This document shows, piece after piece, positions 23,125 to 35,788 of a stretch of DNA of 64,000 nucleotides. Below the pieces are notes generated by a model. That model saw only the letters and a program-made list of their open reading frames with translations, had not been told where the DNA came from and made no database searches. Both the position numbers and the translations under genes were made by a program. This stretch comes from Gnetum montanum. Taxonomy: Eukaryota > Plantae > Gnetophyta. The stretch lies in NCBI GenBank assembly GCA_015680685.1, contig MNCI01000596.1:748612-812611 (forward strand). Reading direction: 5' to 3'. Every line of letters starts with the position of its first letter. The stretch's first letter is position 1.

Positions 23125-25698
23125 CTGTGTATATTTATGATGTTACCTAACTAGATCTTCTTCTTCTGAATCTAAAGGTGTAGGTTTAGTATCTACAGTT
23201 GAAGAAGATTTTTCATCTCATCTTGTGTTCATATTAATATGAAGTTTTCCTAATCTTGTTTGTAATTTCTCTTCAGCTATTCTTTATTGTTTTCTTTTAT
23301 ACCTAACCTTATGTGTATGACTAAGTTTAGGTGGAGAATGAGTTGAAGGAATTCTAGATGAAGATTTAGACGATGAAGGGATATATGGTGGTGCAGAAGG
23401 TTGAGGATTCTTTGGCATCCAAACCTTTACAAGATATCTCATATCTTTTCTCATGTCATCCAAGACTTTTACTTCTAAAGCTTGATACTCTAGTATTTCA
23501 CCCAATGTTGTATTACCCCAATTTTGTAAACAGATGATGTCAGATGGTGTAGAAGAAGTGGCTTTCATTTTCATATGATACACTGAGTCTATACCAGTAG
23601 CATCCTTCTGGTTGAACTATAATTGTTGTTCCAGTTCCTAAAGTTTGTCTCTCCCAAAATTTCTTTAGGTGCTCTTCTTCTTTCTTTTTAAGCTCTTCAT
23701 CTACCCTAGCTTTCATAGGGTTTTCTTGTGTAGGATTCTCTATTTCTTTTTCTTCTTCTTTTACATTTGCATGTAAATGAGAAGATGATGTAACTAAAGC
23801 ATCACACTCCTTACATTTATGGTGAGAGTATGATTGGATTAATTCCTTATGATGACAGGAAGGATCATCTACAGAGATTGATGGTTCTGAAGAGGATTCA
23901 TCTTCAATTATTTTCCTTTCTCCTTTTTCTTCTTTTAATCGTAATGCTTTTTTCCTTTGTAGGATATGTCTAATTTTAGCTTCTTGTTCTTCTATAGGTT
24001 TTGTTAATCTACCAGGGGAATAAGAAGGGAAGAAAGCATTTGAAGAAAACAGTTTAACAGATTCTTTTGGTGGAGCATTTAATAGAGGATCATAATCTAC
24101 AAATTTAGGTGGTTTAAGTTTAACTTGTGTACACCTTTTTGTATGTGTTGTTGATGGTATGAGGTACTCAAAGTATGTTGAATAATCAGATGTCATAGCC
24201 TCAAGTTTATGCTTGTTAGACCTTGTTATCACCTTGAATCTCATCAACTCCCATCCTCCATGCTAGAGTAACCTCCCCAACATGAATCAAGGGATGGATA
24301 ACCTTGCATGGCCTTAAATAGCCCCTAAAATTAGTGAAAATTAGCTAAAAACTTGAGAAATCATGGTTTATAGCCCTAGGAGCCTAGAAATGTAGTGGAT
24401 TTGCTTCCCATATCACCTTAAGACTAAAAAGCAAGGGCATCCCCTCTACTCCATGCTAGCTCCACACTAGCCAACATGGATCTAGCAGAGAGATTTCCCC
24501 AAACCAAATATAACCCTTAAAACCCATTTGAAATGGCCTCAAAATGAAACTAGAAGATGCATAAGTGTTATATCTTGGTTCTAGCTGCCCATCGAATCCT
24601 ATTTGATCTTGTTTTAGTTTAGATTTGGATCTATTAAGCTAGGCCTTCTTCCATCCACATTGGTTAGCATGGGAACAATCGGTAAAGCTTCAAAGCCTAC
24701 ATTTTGGCCTTTTTCAACCTCTAAAGTGACCAATTTTAACAAATTTAGCCCTAAGTTGCCTTGGAAATGCCTTGAAACCATAATTTTAATCCTCTTGATG
24801 CCACACAACTCATGTCCCTTGTCTTCCATGCTAGCCAATGTGGATCTAGCATGGAAAATGTATTCATGCTTCAAAGAGTGATCCCAGAGGTTGAAATTGA
24901 TGTTAAAGCTAGCATATTCCCTTCCCTCATTTGCTTGCCTAGTCAACTACACTAACATGCAAGCCATCAAGAGTTAAAAACCAACCAAACCAAGCCTAGA
25001 AAATTGTCTTAATGCTCAATCCATGCTAGGAGTCATCCCTTCCACACTGTCTAATGTGGATCCAACATGGGTCCAGTGTGAAATCCTTGAAAGCCTTGCT
25101 TTCCCTATTCAAAAATCCTAGAAACAACCTCTGTTGATGTCCAAACATACCCAACAACCTTATAGCCTTAAATCATGGTCAACTAAGGCCTAGAACTAGA
25201 AAAACCTAATCCTATTGAACCTATATTAGCCAAGCTTTATCATATGTATCCTATTTTGCTTTATTTGATCTTATTCCATGATGTTTCAACTTATTTTGGC
25301 CTTTTTTTTACATGGTTGACTTTTTGGTCTTACATAATTTCTATATAAGTTCATACTTTCTCATATTCTCTTGTTATAGCCTTTTTTGATCCTTATTTAG
25401 CCTTGTATTGGTGTTGAGTGGTGGGGTTTGACCTTCTGTGACCTCCATTTAACACCATGTAGCCACAGTCCTCTAAGGCTATAAACTAGCATCATGGCTC
25501 ACTATGGCCTTAAAATGGTAGAATTGTAACATATTTTGACCTTTTTTAACATAGGTTTAGCCTTCATGTCATTGTATCTACCTATCTCTACCTTTTTATA
25601 GCCTTATACAACAAAAATTATATTTTGTTTGACATTAGAGTAGAATGTTTTTGGATAATTTCATATCCTGTTAGCATTATCTACTCATCTTTATCTAG

Positions 25699-28600
25699 GT
25701 GTCACTTAATGTGCTTATGGTTGACATGCAAGATTGAAGTATGAGTACTTGGGAGCACATTGATGTACCGTTAAGCCCAAGTGGGCCTCAGGGTGATGTT
25801 GAAGTGTGTATCAACCATGACTGCTTGGATCTTGAGCTTGAGAGTTGTGTCAACCACATAGCCTTGATTGAGAAACCTTTAGAATGGCCTAAAAACTAGT
25901 TGAAACCCTTAACCTAGAGGCTAGTGACATAACTAAAGACTCTCTGGTCAAGGTTCCTTTCATGACACATAGTATTGAGGAGAAAACACTAAAACTAAGT
26001 TCCTCCCTGAAGCCTCAACAGGCTCAAGACATCACCAAGGTTCTACAAGACAACATTAAGATATTTGCTTGGTTGTATGAAGATATGCTAGGACTAGAAC
26101 AACACCTAGTACAACATAACATCATAATAGATCCTAGCATTAGACAAGTTAAGCAAAAAGTGTACAAGATTAGACCTAATTTGGCCCTAACAGTCTACAA
26201 TGAAATCACAAAACTCTACCAAGATGGTTTCATTAGGGCTATTGACTATGCAAAATGGATGTCCAACATAGTGGTAATTCTAAGAAGAATGGGAGTATCT
26301 ATATTTGTATCAATTTTCAAGATATAAATAAGGAAACCATCAAGGATGACTTTTCTTTGCATAGTATTAATCAACTTATTAATACTACAGCTAGACATGT
26401 CTTATTATCCTTTATGGATGGGTTTTCAAGATACAATCAAATTAGGATCAACCTAGAGCACCAACTTAGTACGACCTTCATGACCCATTGGTGTACTTAC
26501 TATACTATGATGTCCTTTTGTCTAAAGAATTTAGGAGCAACTTACCAATGAGCCATGATGTACATCTTTAGTGATTATATGTTAGGTTTTCTCAAGAATT
26601 ATGTGGATGATATAGCTATTAAGACCAAAGTGACCAATGACCATGCTAATGACCTAGATCTTATGCTTAAATGATGCCTCAAGTATGAGCTTAGGCTAAA
26701 TCCCAAGAAGAGTATTTTCAGTGTCAAGACTAGTAATATTCTTGGCTTTATATTGTCTAAAGTAGGGATACATGTTGATCTTGATAAGGTTAAGGCCATA
26801 TCCAAATTAGCAACACCTACCAATCATACAGAGCTTTAGGAATTACAAGGTAGATTGCAATTTATTTGTAGGTTTATAGCTAAGCTTATGAATAAGTTAC
26901 AACCTAGGAAACACTTGCTTAAGAAATGGATTCACTATGAGTGGACAGCTCAATGCCAAGAGGCCTTGAAAACCTTAAGTAGGATTTGGTGCAACTACTG
27001 ATAGTCTATCCTCCAAAAGATGGTAAACCAATTTACATCCACCTTGCTATCCCTAACACATCCATTGCCTCTCTACTCTATCAAAATGTGATGATGAAGT
27101 AGAAATGCTAGTATACTACCTTAGCCATGCATTAGTTTCCCATGAAACACAATACATTAAAGTGGAGAAGTATTGTCTAGCACTAATCTTCTCATTGAAG
27201 AAGTGGAGACACTACCTCTTGAGAAGCCAAGTTAACATTATTTGCAAGCATAACATACTTAGAGCCATAATGACCAACATATATGAGAGTAGTCATATAG
27301 CTTTATGGAAAGCCATAATAGTGGAGTTTGACCTCTATTACATTTCACAATCCTCAACAAATGGTCAAGATAAAGCCATACAACTCACTATTTTACTTAT
27401 TGATGACCAAGTAACCATAAATTCTAAGTTCCCTGATGAACATATCAACACCATTATCCAAGTGCTGGAGGGCTATGAGGTGTTCATGCACTTTGATGGA
27501 CCTTCAACTACCCATGGGGCTAGTGCTATTTCCATCATAACATTCCCATTTGGTGAAATTTGATCCTTTGCCTATCATTTTTAGTTTTCATGCACTAACA
27601 ACATAGTGGAGTATGAGGGTTTGATTAGAGAGATGATGATAGCTTGTGACCTAGGAATCAAATGTTTAATGATCAAAGGTGGTTTCCAACTTGTGGGTAG
27701 CTAAGTAATCAAGGTCTATGCTTGTAAAGCTAAACATTCAAAACCTTACTATGACCTAGGGAAGTAACTGTGATAGCAATTTACAAATGTTGATACCCAA
27801 CACATACCCTGAAATGAGAATGCCATAGCCAATGCCATTATAATGTTAACCCTCAATGTTATGCTAGATGTGTTTAGTAAGTTGTCCACCTTAATTGTGG
27901 ACTATTGCTATCCCCATCATGCGGAGTGCTAAGGATACCATTGTGGCCATAGTTCATACTACTCTTGCCAAGGAGTGGTATGATGATATCAAATTTTACC
28001 TTATGCATGGTGAATCTTGACAAGGCCTAACTATTGCTCAAAATGATGCTATACATAAATGATCAAAATAGTATGTCATAGTAGATGATAATAAATTATA
28101 TCAATGGTCCTACAATGGTGTATTGTTAAAATTCTTGGGTAAAACCAAAGCCAAAATAGTCCTAGAGTTGGTTCACAAGGGTGTTTGTGGAGGACATATA
28201 GGACCTAGAGCTACTGCCACTAAAATTAGATGGTTAAGTTACTACTAGCCCCATATGGAAAGCAATTTCCTATAGAAGGTTAAGACCTATGACACATGCT
28301 AGCAGCATAGTAATCTCATTCACATACCACCAATTGAGTTACACACTACTCAAATAACATGGTTATTTCAATGATGGGGGTTAGATATGATTAGACTTAT
28401 AAGAACTAAGTCTTTAGTAGGGCATAGTTTTATCATCTCCATGATTGACTACTTTACAAAGTGGGTTGAAGTTATTATCCTAAGAAGAAAAACATCTAAA
28501 CATATCTATAAATTCATCCTAGACAACATAGTAGCCTATTTTGGCATACCTATGAACATATTCACAGAAAATGGACTATAATTTAGTAGCCAAGAAATAA

Positions 28601-29217
28601 AGGATTTCTATTATGACCTAGGAATTAAGCATTCTTTCTCATCACCTTATTACCCTCAAGCCAATGGACAAGCAAAAGTAAGCAACAAGGCCATCATCAA
28701 CCTACTCAAGAAGATGCGCAAAAACAGTAAGTGCAAATGGCATACACACCTTGTCCATGCACGTTGGGCCTATAGGAGAACCTACTATATGAGAAATGGT
28801 GTAACATCTTATAGCCTAGTTTATGGTGCTGAAGTTGTTTACCTCTTGAATTGCATGTACCATTGCTGCAAGTAGCCTTGTTTAACTTCATCAATGATGA
28901 GTAGAGTAAGGAGTTGTAGATAATGAACCTAGTCTCAGCAAAGGAGAAACATGTGTGAGCTCTTGCTTACATTGAGAAGTATCAAGAGGGGTAGAAACAA
29001 AAAACACCTTCATAACTTGTTCAAAGGTAAGATCAAGAAAGGTGACTTGGTTCTAAAAGCCATCTATGAGCATATAGATAAATTCTTAGCCAAGTGGAAA
29101 GGATCCTTCCTTGTCACTAGAGCCTATGACAATAGAGCATTTAGGATAGTTAACATGAATGGGAATGTGTTGGTCAATCTAGTTAACCATCCCTATCTAA
29201 AGCATTATTATATGTGA
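25699..29217 (+). pseudogene. pol: Tat pol: RT (~25960-26980), RNase H (~27000-27450), archaeal-type RNase H (~27480-27860), integrase (~27970-29217)
   Basis: RT: LLSFMDGFSRYNQI, NYVDDI. RH: VYYLSHAL..EKYCLAL. aRH: MHFDG..CTNNIVEYEGL. INT: VHKGVCGGH, IDYFTKWVE, TENG, PYYPQANGQ, KFLAKWKG. Many stops and frameshifts. Confidence 0.92.
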
Positions 29218-29267
29218 CTGATAGCATCCATGACATTGATGAGCAACAACAAGTGAGCCTAATTTAC

Positions 29268-29470
29268 CATGACCTATCAAGGCTTTAAATTGCCACCATA
29301 ACTTGCTAAGGCCTTAAATTAGCACCATGGCCTATCGAGGCCTTAAACCAACACCATGGTCTACTAAGGGCTTAAACGGATGTCATGGTTCACTATGACC
29401 TTAAACTAGCACCATGGCCTATTGGGGCCTTAAATTGGTAACATGGCCCACCATGACCTTAAGCTAGCAA
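29268..29470 (+). repeat. Tandem repeat, 29-bp unit, ~7 copies, in the 3' UTR of the Tat element
   Basis: Units such as CATGGCCTATCGAGGCCTTAAACCAACAC and CATGGTTCACTATGACCTTAAACTAGCAC. Confidence 0.85.
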
Positions 29471-30424
29471 TATTGGTGACTTGAGTGGCTTGGTTTATCA
29501 TTCTATGTGGCATGTATGCAATGTAATGTTATAACATACTATGTTTGTTTTATTCTCTTTTTCTCTTGGAGTTGTGTTTATAGGATGAAGCCTAGAGCCA
29601 TCACAAAGGTGTAATTTGTTATGGTAGCAAGTCACCATGTGACCTTAATGTGCAAGATTTGGTGAGTTTGTACTACTATTTCAAGAGTGTTTGTACTATT
29701 TCCCTCCCTCTAGCACCACTCCTTGAGCCCAAACCCATACCCTAATGATGATCTTCCATACCTTGGAAAATAATGTTGGCCTATGTTTACTGCTCATGCA
29801 CTATGGTCATATGACATCTCTTAATCATGCTCCACCCTCAAGTCCACTTGAATTTCACACAACTCATTCAGTGGAAAAACAATTACTTCCATTGAACATA
29901 ACTATTTCAATGGAAAAACCAAGTTCATTGAGTGTAACACAACTCATTCAATAGGAAAATGATATCAAACTAGCTTTGGAAATGTAACCCAATGAAGCTT
30001 TCATCCCACAAAACAAAAAAATGGAGAAGCAAATTACCAAGAATTGAATGGCTAGTGAAGCCTTGAATCCTTGTGGCCAAAGAAACCTTGAAGAGAAGTG
30101 ATTGGATCCTCAAACAAATTTTTTGAGTGACCAACACTTCAAGACATGAAGTGCTAAAACAATTAATAGATCAATATGTTGGTGACATAGCCATGATGTC
30201 AACATTTGGAATGCATTGTTAGCTCTCATAACCATTTTTCTATGACCTTAGCATCGTTTCCTTATCATAGCCTTATCCCATCATCACAAGTGCTCTTTAA
30301 CATGGTTTTACATAACTGGATCTTGTGTGAAGAGGGAACATTAGTGGTGGACTTGCAATGGTGTTTTGTATTCTTTGTTGGTGCCTCTTGGATTAATCCT
30401 TTAAACATCAACAAAGAGGATCCA

Positions 30425-31869
30425 TGGAAACACCACCAAAATTTGAATGTTGTAACCATTTTTCATCATGTAGCTTTCACCCTATAAAACCTAAGGTAAA
30501 ATTTCATTGTAAATGTGAAGATTGTAATCCATAAGGGACAATCTCACATATTTCATACTTTTAGGGTTGAAAAATGCCTCATAAGTGGTCAAAGCCTCAT
30601 CCCCTGAGTGGAAAAAGTCATGTATTTTTTATATTTTGGCTTGGGGGTGGTCAAAAATTCCTTTTGGTATGCCAAAAATGGTATTTTGATGGATTTTATG
30701 AGGGGCATACACTTGTCTACACTAGACAGTCTTGCAGGGGGTAGATCTCACCTAGCCCTAAGCTATAGGGATGTGGGTCATCGACTTCCAGCATGAAAAG
30801 ATAGACCTTAGCATGGAGGTGTGATGGATTTACAATGACTAGCATAGAGGGGTGTATCTTTTCCCTCAACATGGAAACTTCATCCCCTTAGTTTGGAAAC
30901 TACAAGCCCCTAGCATAGAAACTGCATGACCAAGATTTCAACATTGCATTGACTCCAACTAGGATCTTGCATGCCAACGTAGAAGGTTGAAGGCCTAGTG
31001 TGGAACAAAAAATCTAGTTTAGATGGTGTCTTTCCATTACTATTTATAGTAAAAGAAATGGCCATGGGGGATGGGGCACCCATCTCACCTGTATGTGGTA
31101 GAAATTTGCATCAATTTGCATCCAATTTTTCAACTATTTGCAACCCTTTTTTAGTTCCAATCATGGCCCAAAACCTATAAAAACAAACCCCAAAAATCAT
31201 TTTGAGTTTTTACAATTTTTTCATTCACACACTTTGGCATTTGTAGCATTTGAGAGCTCTTGCATACTTGCAGAAACATAGCTTCTTAGATCCCCCTTAG
31301 TGTGGAACCTCCTATGGCCCTATGACACCCATTATCTCCTTGAGATTTGTGAGTTCTTGGTCTTCATGCTACACTTTTGGAATTGTTAAATCCTAGTGTA
31401 GAGCACTTTGGTAACCAAATCCTTCACCCTTCTCAACCTCTCCTAGTAGTAGCCAATGTTGCAAATTTGGAGTAATAGCAAAGGAGGTTTGATAGCATCG
31501 GGAGTGGTAAGACATATAGATCATGGTGTTTATTACATCAACTTCAACAGACCCTAGACCCCTATCAAAGAGAACCCCTTTTGCTCTCCCATAGGCATAT
31601 GTTGTCCACATCCATTGAACATATTCTTTGTTTTCTTTTAATAAAGTTTTAATGTTTTAGTTTTGTGTGAAATTTGTATTTACTTTCATTTTAGATCTGC
31701 ATTCTTATTTTTACATTTTTCATTTTTCATTTTGTAAGTCCTTGGGTGATCTACTAGACTATCGAGGGAACCTTGAATCCCATTTTTTTGGAGGCCTTGG
31801 GGATTCAAGGTTGATGCTGCTATGCCAGGACTTTTGATTTTTCAATGATCAAATTTTCTAGTTGTAATA
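30425..31869 (+). repeat. 3' LTR of Tat element
   Basis: Homologous to 2157-3618. Preceded by purine-rich AAAGAGGA (decayed PPT) and followed by the TSD. Confidence 0.88.
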
Positions 31870-34800
31870 GCTATATCCCCCTTAGCCACACCGAGTAGCA
31901 TTGCTCCTACATGGGTAAGGGGGCATGATAAATTTCAAGGATCAAAATGAGGTTAAACAACTATTAACTCATGGCTATGAGATCCTAGGATTTACTAGGA
32001 TAGGTTTTTTTTGGCTTTTGGGGATGTCAATCTATTGCCAAAAGTGATAAAGTAACTTACCCATGCTGCCTAGCATGGCTTAGGCTTCCCCTAATGTGGA
32101 TACCCTAGGATATTGGATTTTAACAATTTTTGATTGCAAATCAACCATGCATGTGACCTCCCAAGGTTACTAATGTTGATGGCTAGGGTTAGGCTTAAAG
32201 CTGATAATTTTGAAGGTCACTAGTTGGTTCTGGAGGTCATACCCACTTGGGGCAACATTGGACCATGTTGGCCAACATGGCCCTACCATGGATCAACAAG
32301 GAGGACAACCTTTTACTACATTCAGTTGGTTTACTTGATTCTGATGGCTTCTAGAGGTGTTGGTAGTTTCCTAGGGCTAGTAGGATGTAATTTGGAGTTG
32401 TTCTCATGCATCCATGAGTTCTCCATGGGCTTTCCTTGAGGCACCCATGTTGGACCCATGCTGGCTAACATGGGTTAGTGGGGTGCTCAGTTTGGGAATG
32501 CTAGTGATCATGGAATGTGACATGATTTTGGCTAGTTTTGGCTCTTAGAGTCTTTGAGAAGGTTGGGGAGGAAATATAGGTCAATTTTTAAGTCAACCAT
32601 GCCATTCCATGGTATTACCTTGGTAATCCATGATGGGACAATGTTTCCCAACATGGATGGGGTCCCCCCAGCATGGCTCCATTTGAATTCATGATTTTGA
32701 TCATTCTTTATTAGATTAGATAGATTTTTGGAGTTTTTGGAATTACAAGGGTTGATGGCAAAGATTTGGCATCAAAATCAACTAATTTGAGAGCTCATTA
32801 ATTTTTTCTATAGTCATCTCCTTTGAGTCACACTAGGTAGTGTTGTGAGGTTATTAGGGAAAATCATAGAGCTATTTTTGGCTATTGATGGATTTTAATG
32901 GCTTATCCCCAAAGTAGTGATGTTTGACCCATGTTGGCTAGTATGGGTGGGGGGATCCCCAGTGTGAAAAAAGGTTCTAATATGAAATTTGACTTATTTT
33001 TAATCAAATCTAGGTTACCGGAGGCTGATAAGGGATGCTAAAGGGAAAATAGGATCACTAGATGGTCAATTTTGTCATTTTGGGGCTATACCCCACTCAT
33101 TCATGCTATAGCCACACTAGCCAGCATGGATGGACCTCCCCTCAATGTTGCTCCACCAAATCTCTAAGTTTTCACTTTTAATTGGGTTTCAATTGGGTTT
33201 GATAGATTTTCAGATTTGTTAGGGGTGACTAGCATGGTTTCAATTATTTAGGCCTACCTTGGGATCAAACCAAAGCTTGGTTAGCACTAAAGAGTGGGTA
33301 TGGATGTTATACCCCATGGCAACACTGGGCTACTATGGATGAGGCCTTGCCTAGTGTGGTTGCCTAAAGTGAGAAGTTGTATGGATGTTTTACCCCCTAC
33401 TAGGTTTTGAAGTTTGGCCATGTCAACTTTAGCTACTAAAAATCGAAAAGGGGATAAGGTTGCAAGGTTATGAGATAGAGGAGGCTAGTATGCACACTAG
33501 ATCCATGCTGCCTAATCTGGGTAAGGGAGGGATAAGGCCAAAATTTGGTTATGTGGGTTTCAAGGGGTTCAAAACCCAACATAGAAAAGGTTTCAAGGCT
33601 AGAAACCTAGTTTGCATGAGAGGCATTTATTGGGGCCCATCCCAAAATTGAAATTTTTAAAACTAGGCACTAACTTCCACCATCCTAGCATTGTTTGAAC
33701 TTCCCCTTCTTTGAACTTCCTATGCACCATGAGTTTCAGTACTTGGATTTGGCAATGGGAGTATGCAAAAGGGCATCTAGGTGTAGATGTAGTTTTAATG
33801 GTAAACTTTGCCAAAAATCAAACACAAATATTAGTCTCTCATCTCAATGCCTTTCCTAGAACTCTTGTAGATATTTTTTCTTTAGAGCACCATTAACCAT
33901 TAGTGTGGTTACCTCAAAAGCCCCTTTGGGCAATGTTGGAGTTTAGTTTTGCAAGATTCCCAAGGTATCCTCAATGTTGGAAGTAGGCATAATGAAGAAA
34001 AGAGGAGGAAGCAATAAGAACCCAATGCTAGAGGATGTAGATGTAGTGGAAAAGGGGATTTTTCACCTTTCATGGTCCATGATAGGGTAGGTTTCAACTG
34101 TGATCACTTTAAGGTAGGCCATTGCTAGCCATTTTATTGTGTTTCTGGCCATTTTCTAGTGTTTCCTAGTTTAGAATCATGTTGTTTTTATAGATCTAGG
34201 CCACTATGTTTGATAAAATTGAATTTTTGCAAAATATCACCTCATTATTTGATGGTATTTATAAATTTTTTGGGTTACTTGGTCATTTAGGTTTGATTTG
34301 ATAGTTGGTTTAAATTAGGTTTTGTCAATTTTTATGTGTTTTTTTACTATTTTTTTGGCAAAAAGCAACCCTACTTGTAAATTTTTTATCAAGAAAATAG
34401 TCATGATTTGTTAAAATTTAATATTTTAGGCATTTAGAATTATATTTTAGGTTTTTATTTGCTATGGTTTCATTTAATTGAGAGTTGTAATCAATTTGTA
34501 GTGAATTTTTTGGCTAGGTTATATAGTTGTGGTTTGTGTCGTCTTCAATTTTTTTATGTAAGTTTATGAATGTTTTTTGAAACAACTATAGGGGTTTTTA
34601 ATATTTTCTAGTTATGGGTATGTAGGTCTAGATTTAATATTTTCACTATTATTTAAATCACCAAATTTGGGTTTAAAATGAAATTTTGGCAAATTTTCAA
34701 TGAAACTTACATAGAAAGGGGTTTTGCCATGATGACCTAGTTCATGTTAGGTTGGCTATGTGTTTTGCAAAAATGTTTGAGAATTTTAGGTTTTCTAGTT

Positions 34801-35788
34801 ATGGATGTGTAGCTCATGATTTTAGAATTCCAATAGTGGTAGAATCATTGAATTCATAGCTATGGTTGATTTTGAGAAAATTTTCTCATGAGGCTACACA
34901 AATTAATGTTTTAAGGTCATAGCGGTCTTACCTCTTGGAGATGGGTAATGTTGGCATATTGAATGATTTTTCTTGTCAATGTCTCATACCCATGGGGATA
35001 ATTAGATATGTTAGAAGGGTTCTAGACTTTGTTTCATGATTGCTAAATTTTTTTACTATTTTTACTAGTGATTTTTCTATGGTCATTAACTAAGGCATGG
35101 TTTGGCATTTTTTAGTTAATCAGGTAAATGATTTTATATTTTAGATATGATGTCCAAGGGTTGTTTAGGCCATAAGCATGTTGATTTTCTAGAATTTTTG
35201 AAGGAATTTTGGCTAACGTTCTAGATTTTTTTATGGTGTCTAGTTTCACCACCAACTAGGATGTTTAGGAAAAATTTCCTAAGAAATTCTAAGGGTGATA
35301 TGGTTGTATGCTATAGTTGGTTATAATGTTTGCCTTTTTAGTATTGCTAATGTTTTTTCTAAGTGCTATTAACATGATTCTAATGTTGCACTTTGTTTCC
35401 TATGTAGGGCTTTCCTCAAGCCCATCCTAATCATGGTTGAGCTTGTGGGGATTTTGTGTTGTGTTAGTCTCCCTAAGCCAAACACTCCCCCCACCAATTT
35501 GATCTTGAATGGGGGTTTCCTCTGGTTTTAGCTTGGGACAAGGGAATTCCTTATCTACCTTCCCCAAAACTTTAGTGTGATGGTTTCATCACACTTATCT
35601 AATTATGACCAAGGTCATAGTGAAGACCCTTTTATCTTAGTCATCCAACATGATTGCTAGATTCATAGTGAATGACCCTGAGATGCATTAAAGGGAAATG
35701 TGTTCAATGGCATATGCACCCATGGGACTTGCAAGATGGCCCAAATTTGGAGTATCCTAGCATATTCTCAGTATAATGGTAATAATAC

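Larger units (their letters stand above)
18646..24246 (-). mobile_element. Endogenous caulimovirid (plant pararetrovirus) fragment, Petuvirus/Florendovirus-like organisation
   Basis: Minus-strand order is (MP C-terminus?)-CP with zinc knuckle-AP-RT-RH-downstream ORF, with no integrase and no LTR. RT has caulimovirid motifs GKKRLVINYKPLN, SKFDLKSGFWHI and WNVLPFGIKIAPSIFQ. Confidence 0.92.
17330..25100. repeat. Degenerate ~180-200 bp periodic repeat array, split by the viral insertion
   Basis: Core CCATGCTAG..CATGGATCTAGCATGG recurs near 17500, 17685, 17865, 18065, 18222, 18425 and 18625, then near 24260, 24455, 24650, 24830 and 25025. Mirrored at 1390-2156 and 31870-33350. Confidence 0.6.
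2157..31869 (+). mobile_element. Full-length but decayed giant Ty3/gypsy Tat-type LTR retrotransposon (gag-PR ... RT-RH-aRH-INT) with nested insertions
   Basis: Two homologous LTRs (2157-3618, 30425-31869). PBS follows the first LTR. Flanking 5-mers are GTTAT (2152-2156) and GCTAT (31870-31874), a TSD with one transition. Domain order RT-RH-aRH-INT. Confidence 0.88.

Noticed and set aside
29268-29470. Regularly spaced repeats resembling a CRISPR array
   Set aside because: The units are contiguous degenerate tandem copies with no unique spacers. The context is a eukaryotic TE with no cas genes.
29580-30400. Possible extra sense ORF between the 29-bp array and the 3' LTR
   Set aside because: An acceptor-like site and coding-like composition are present, but there is no recognisable motif and no second copy in the window to test conservation.
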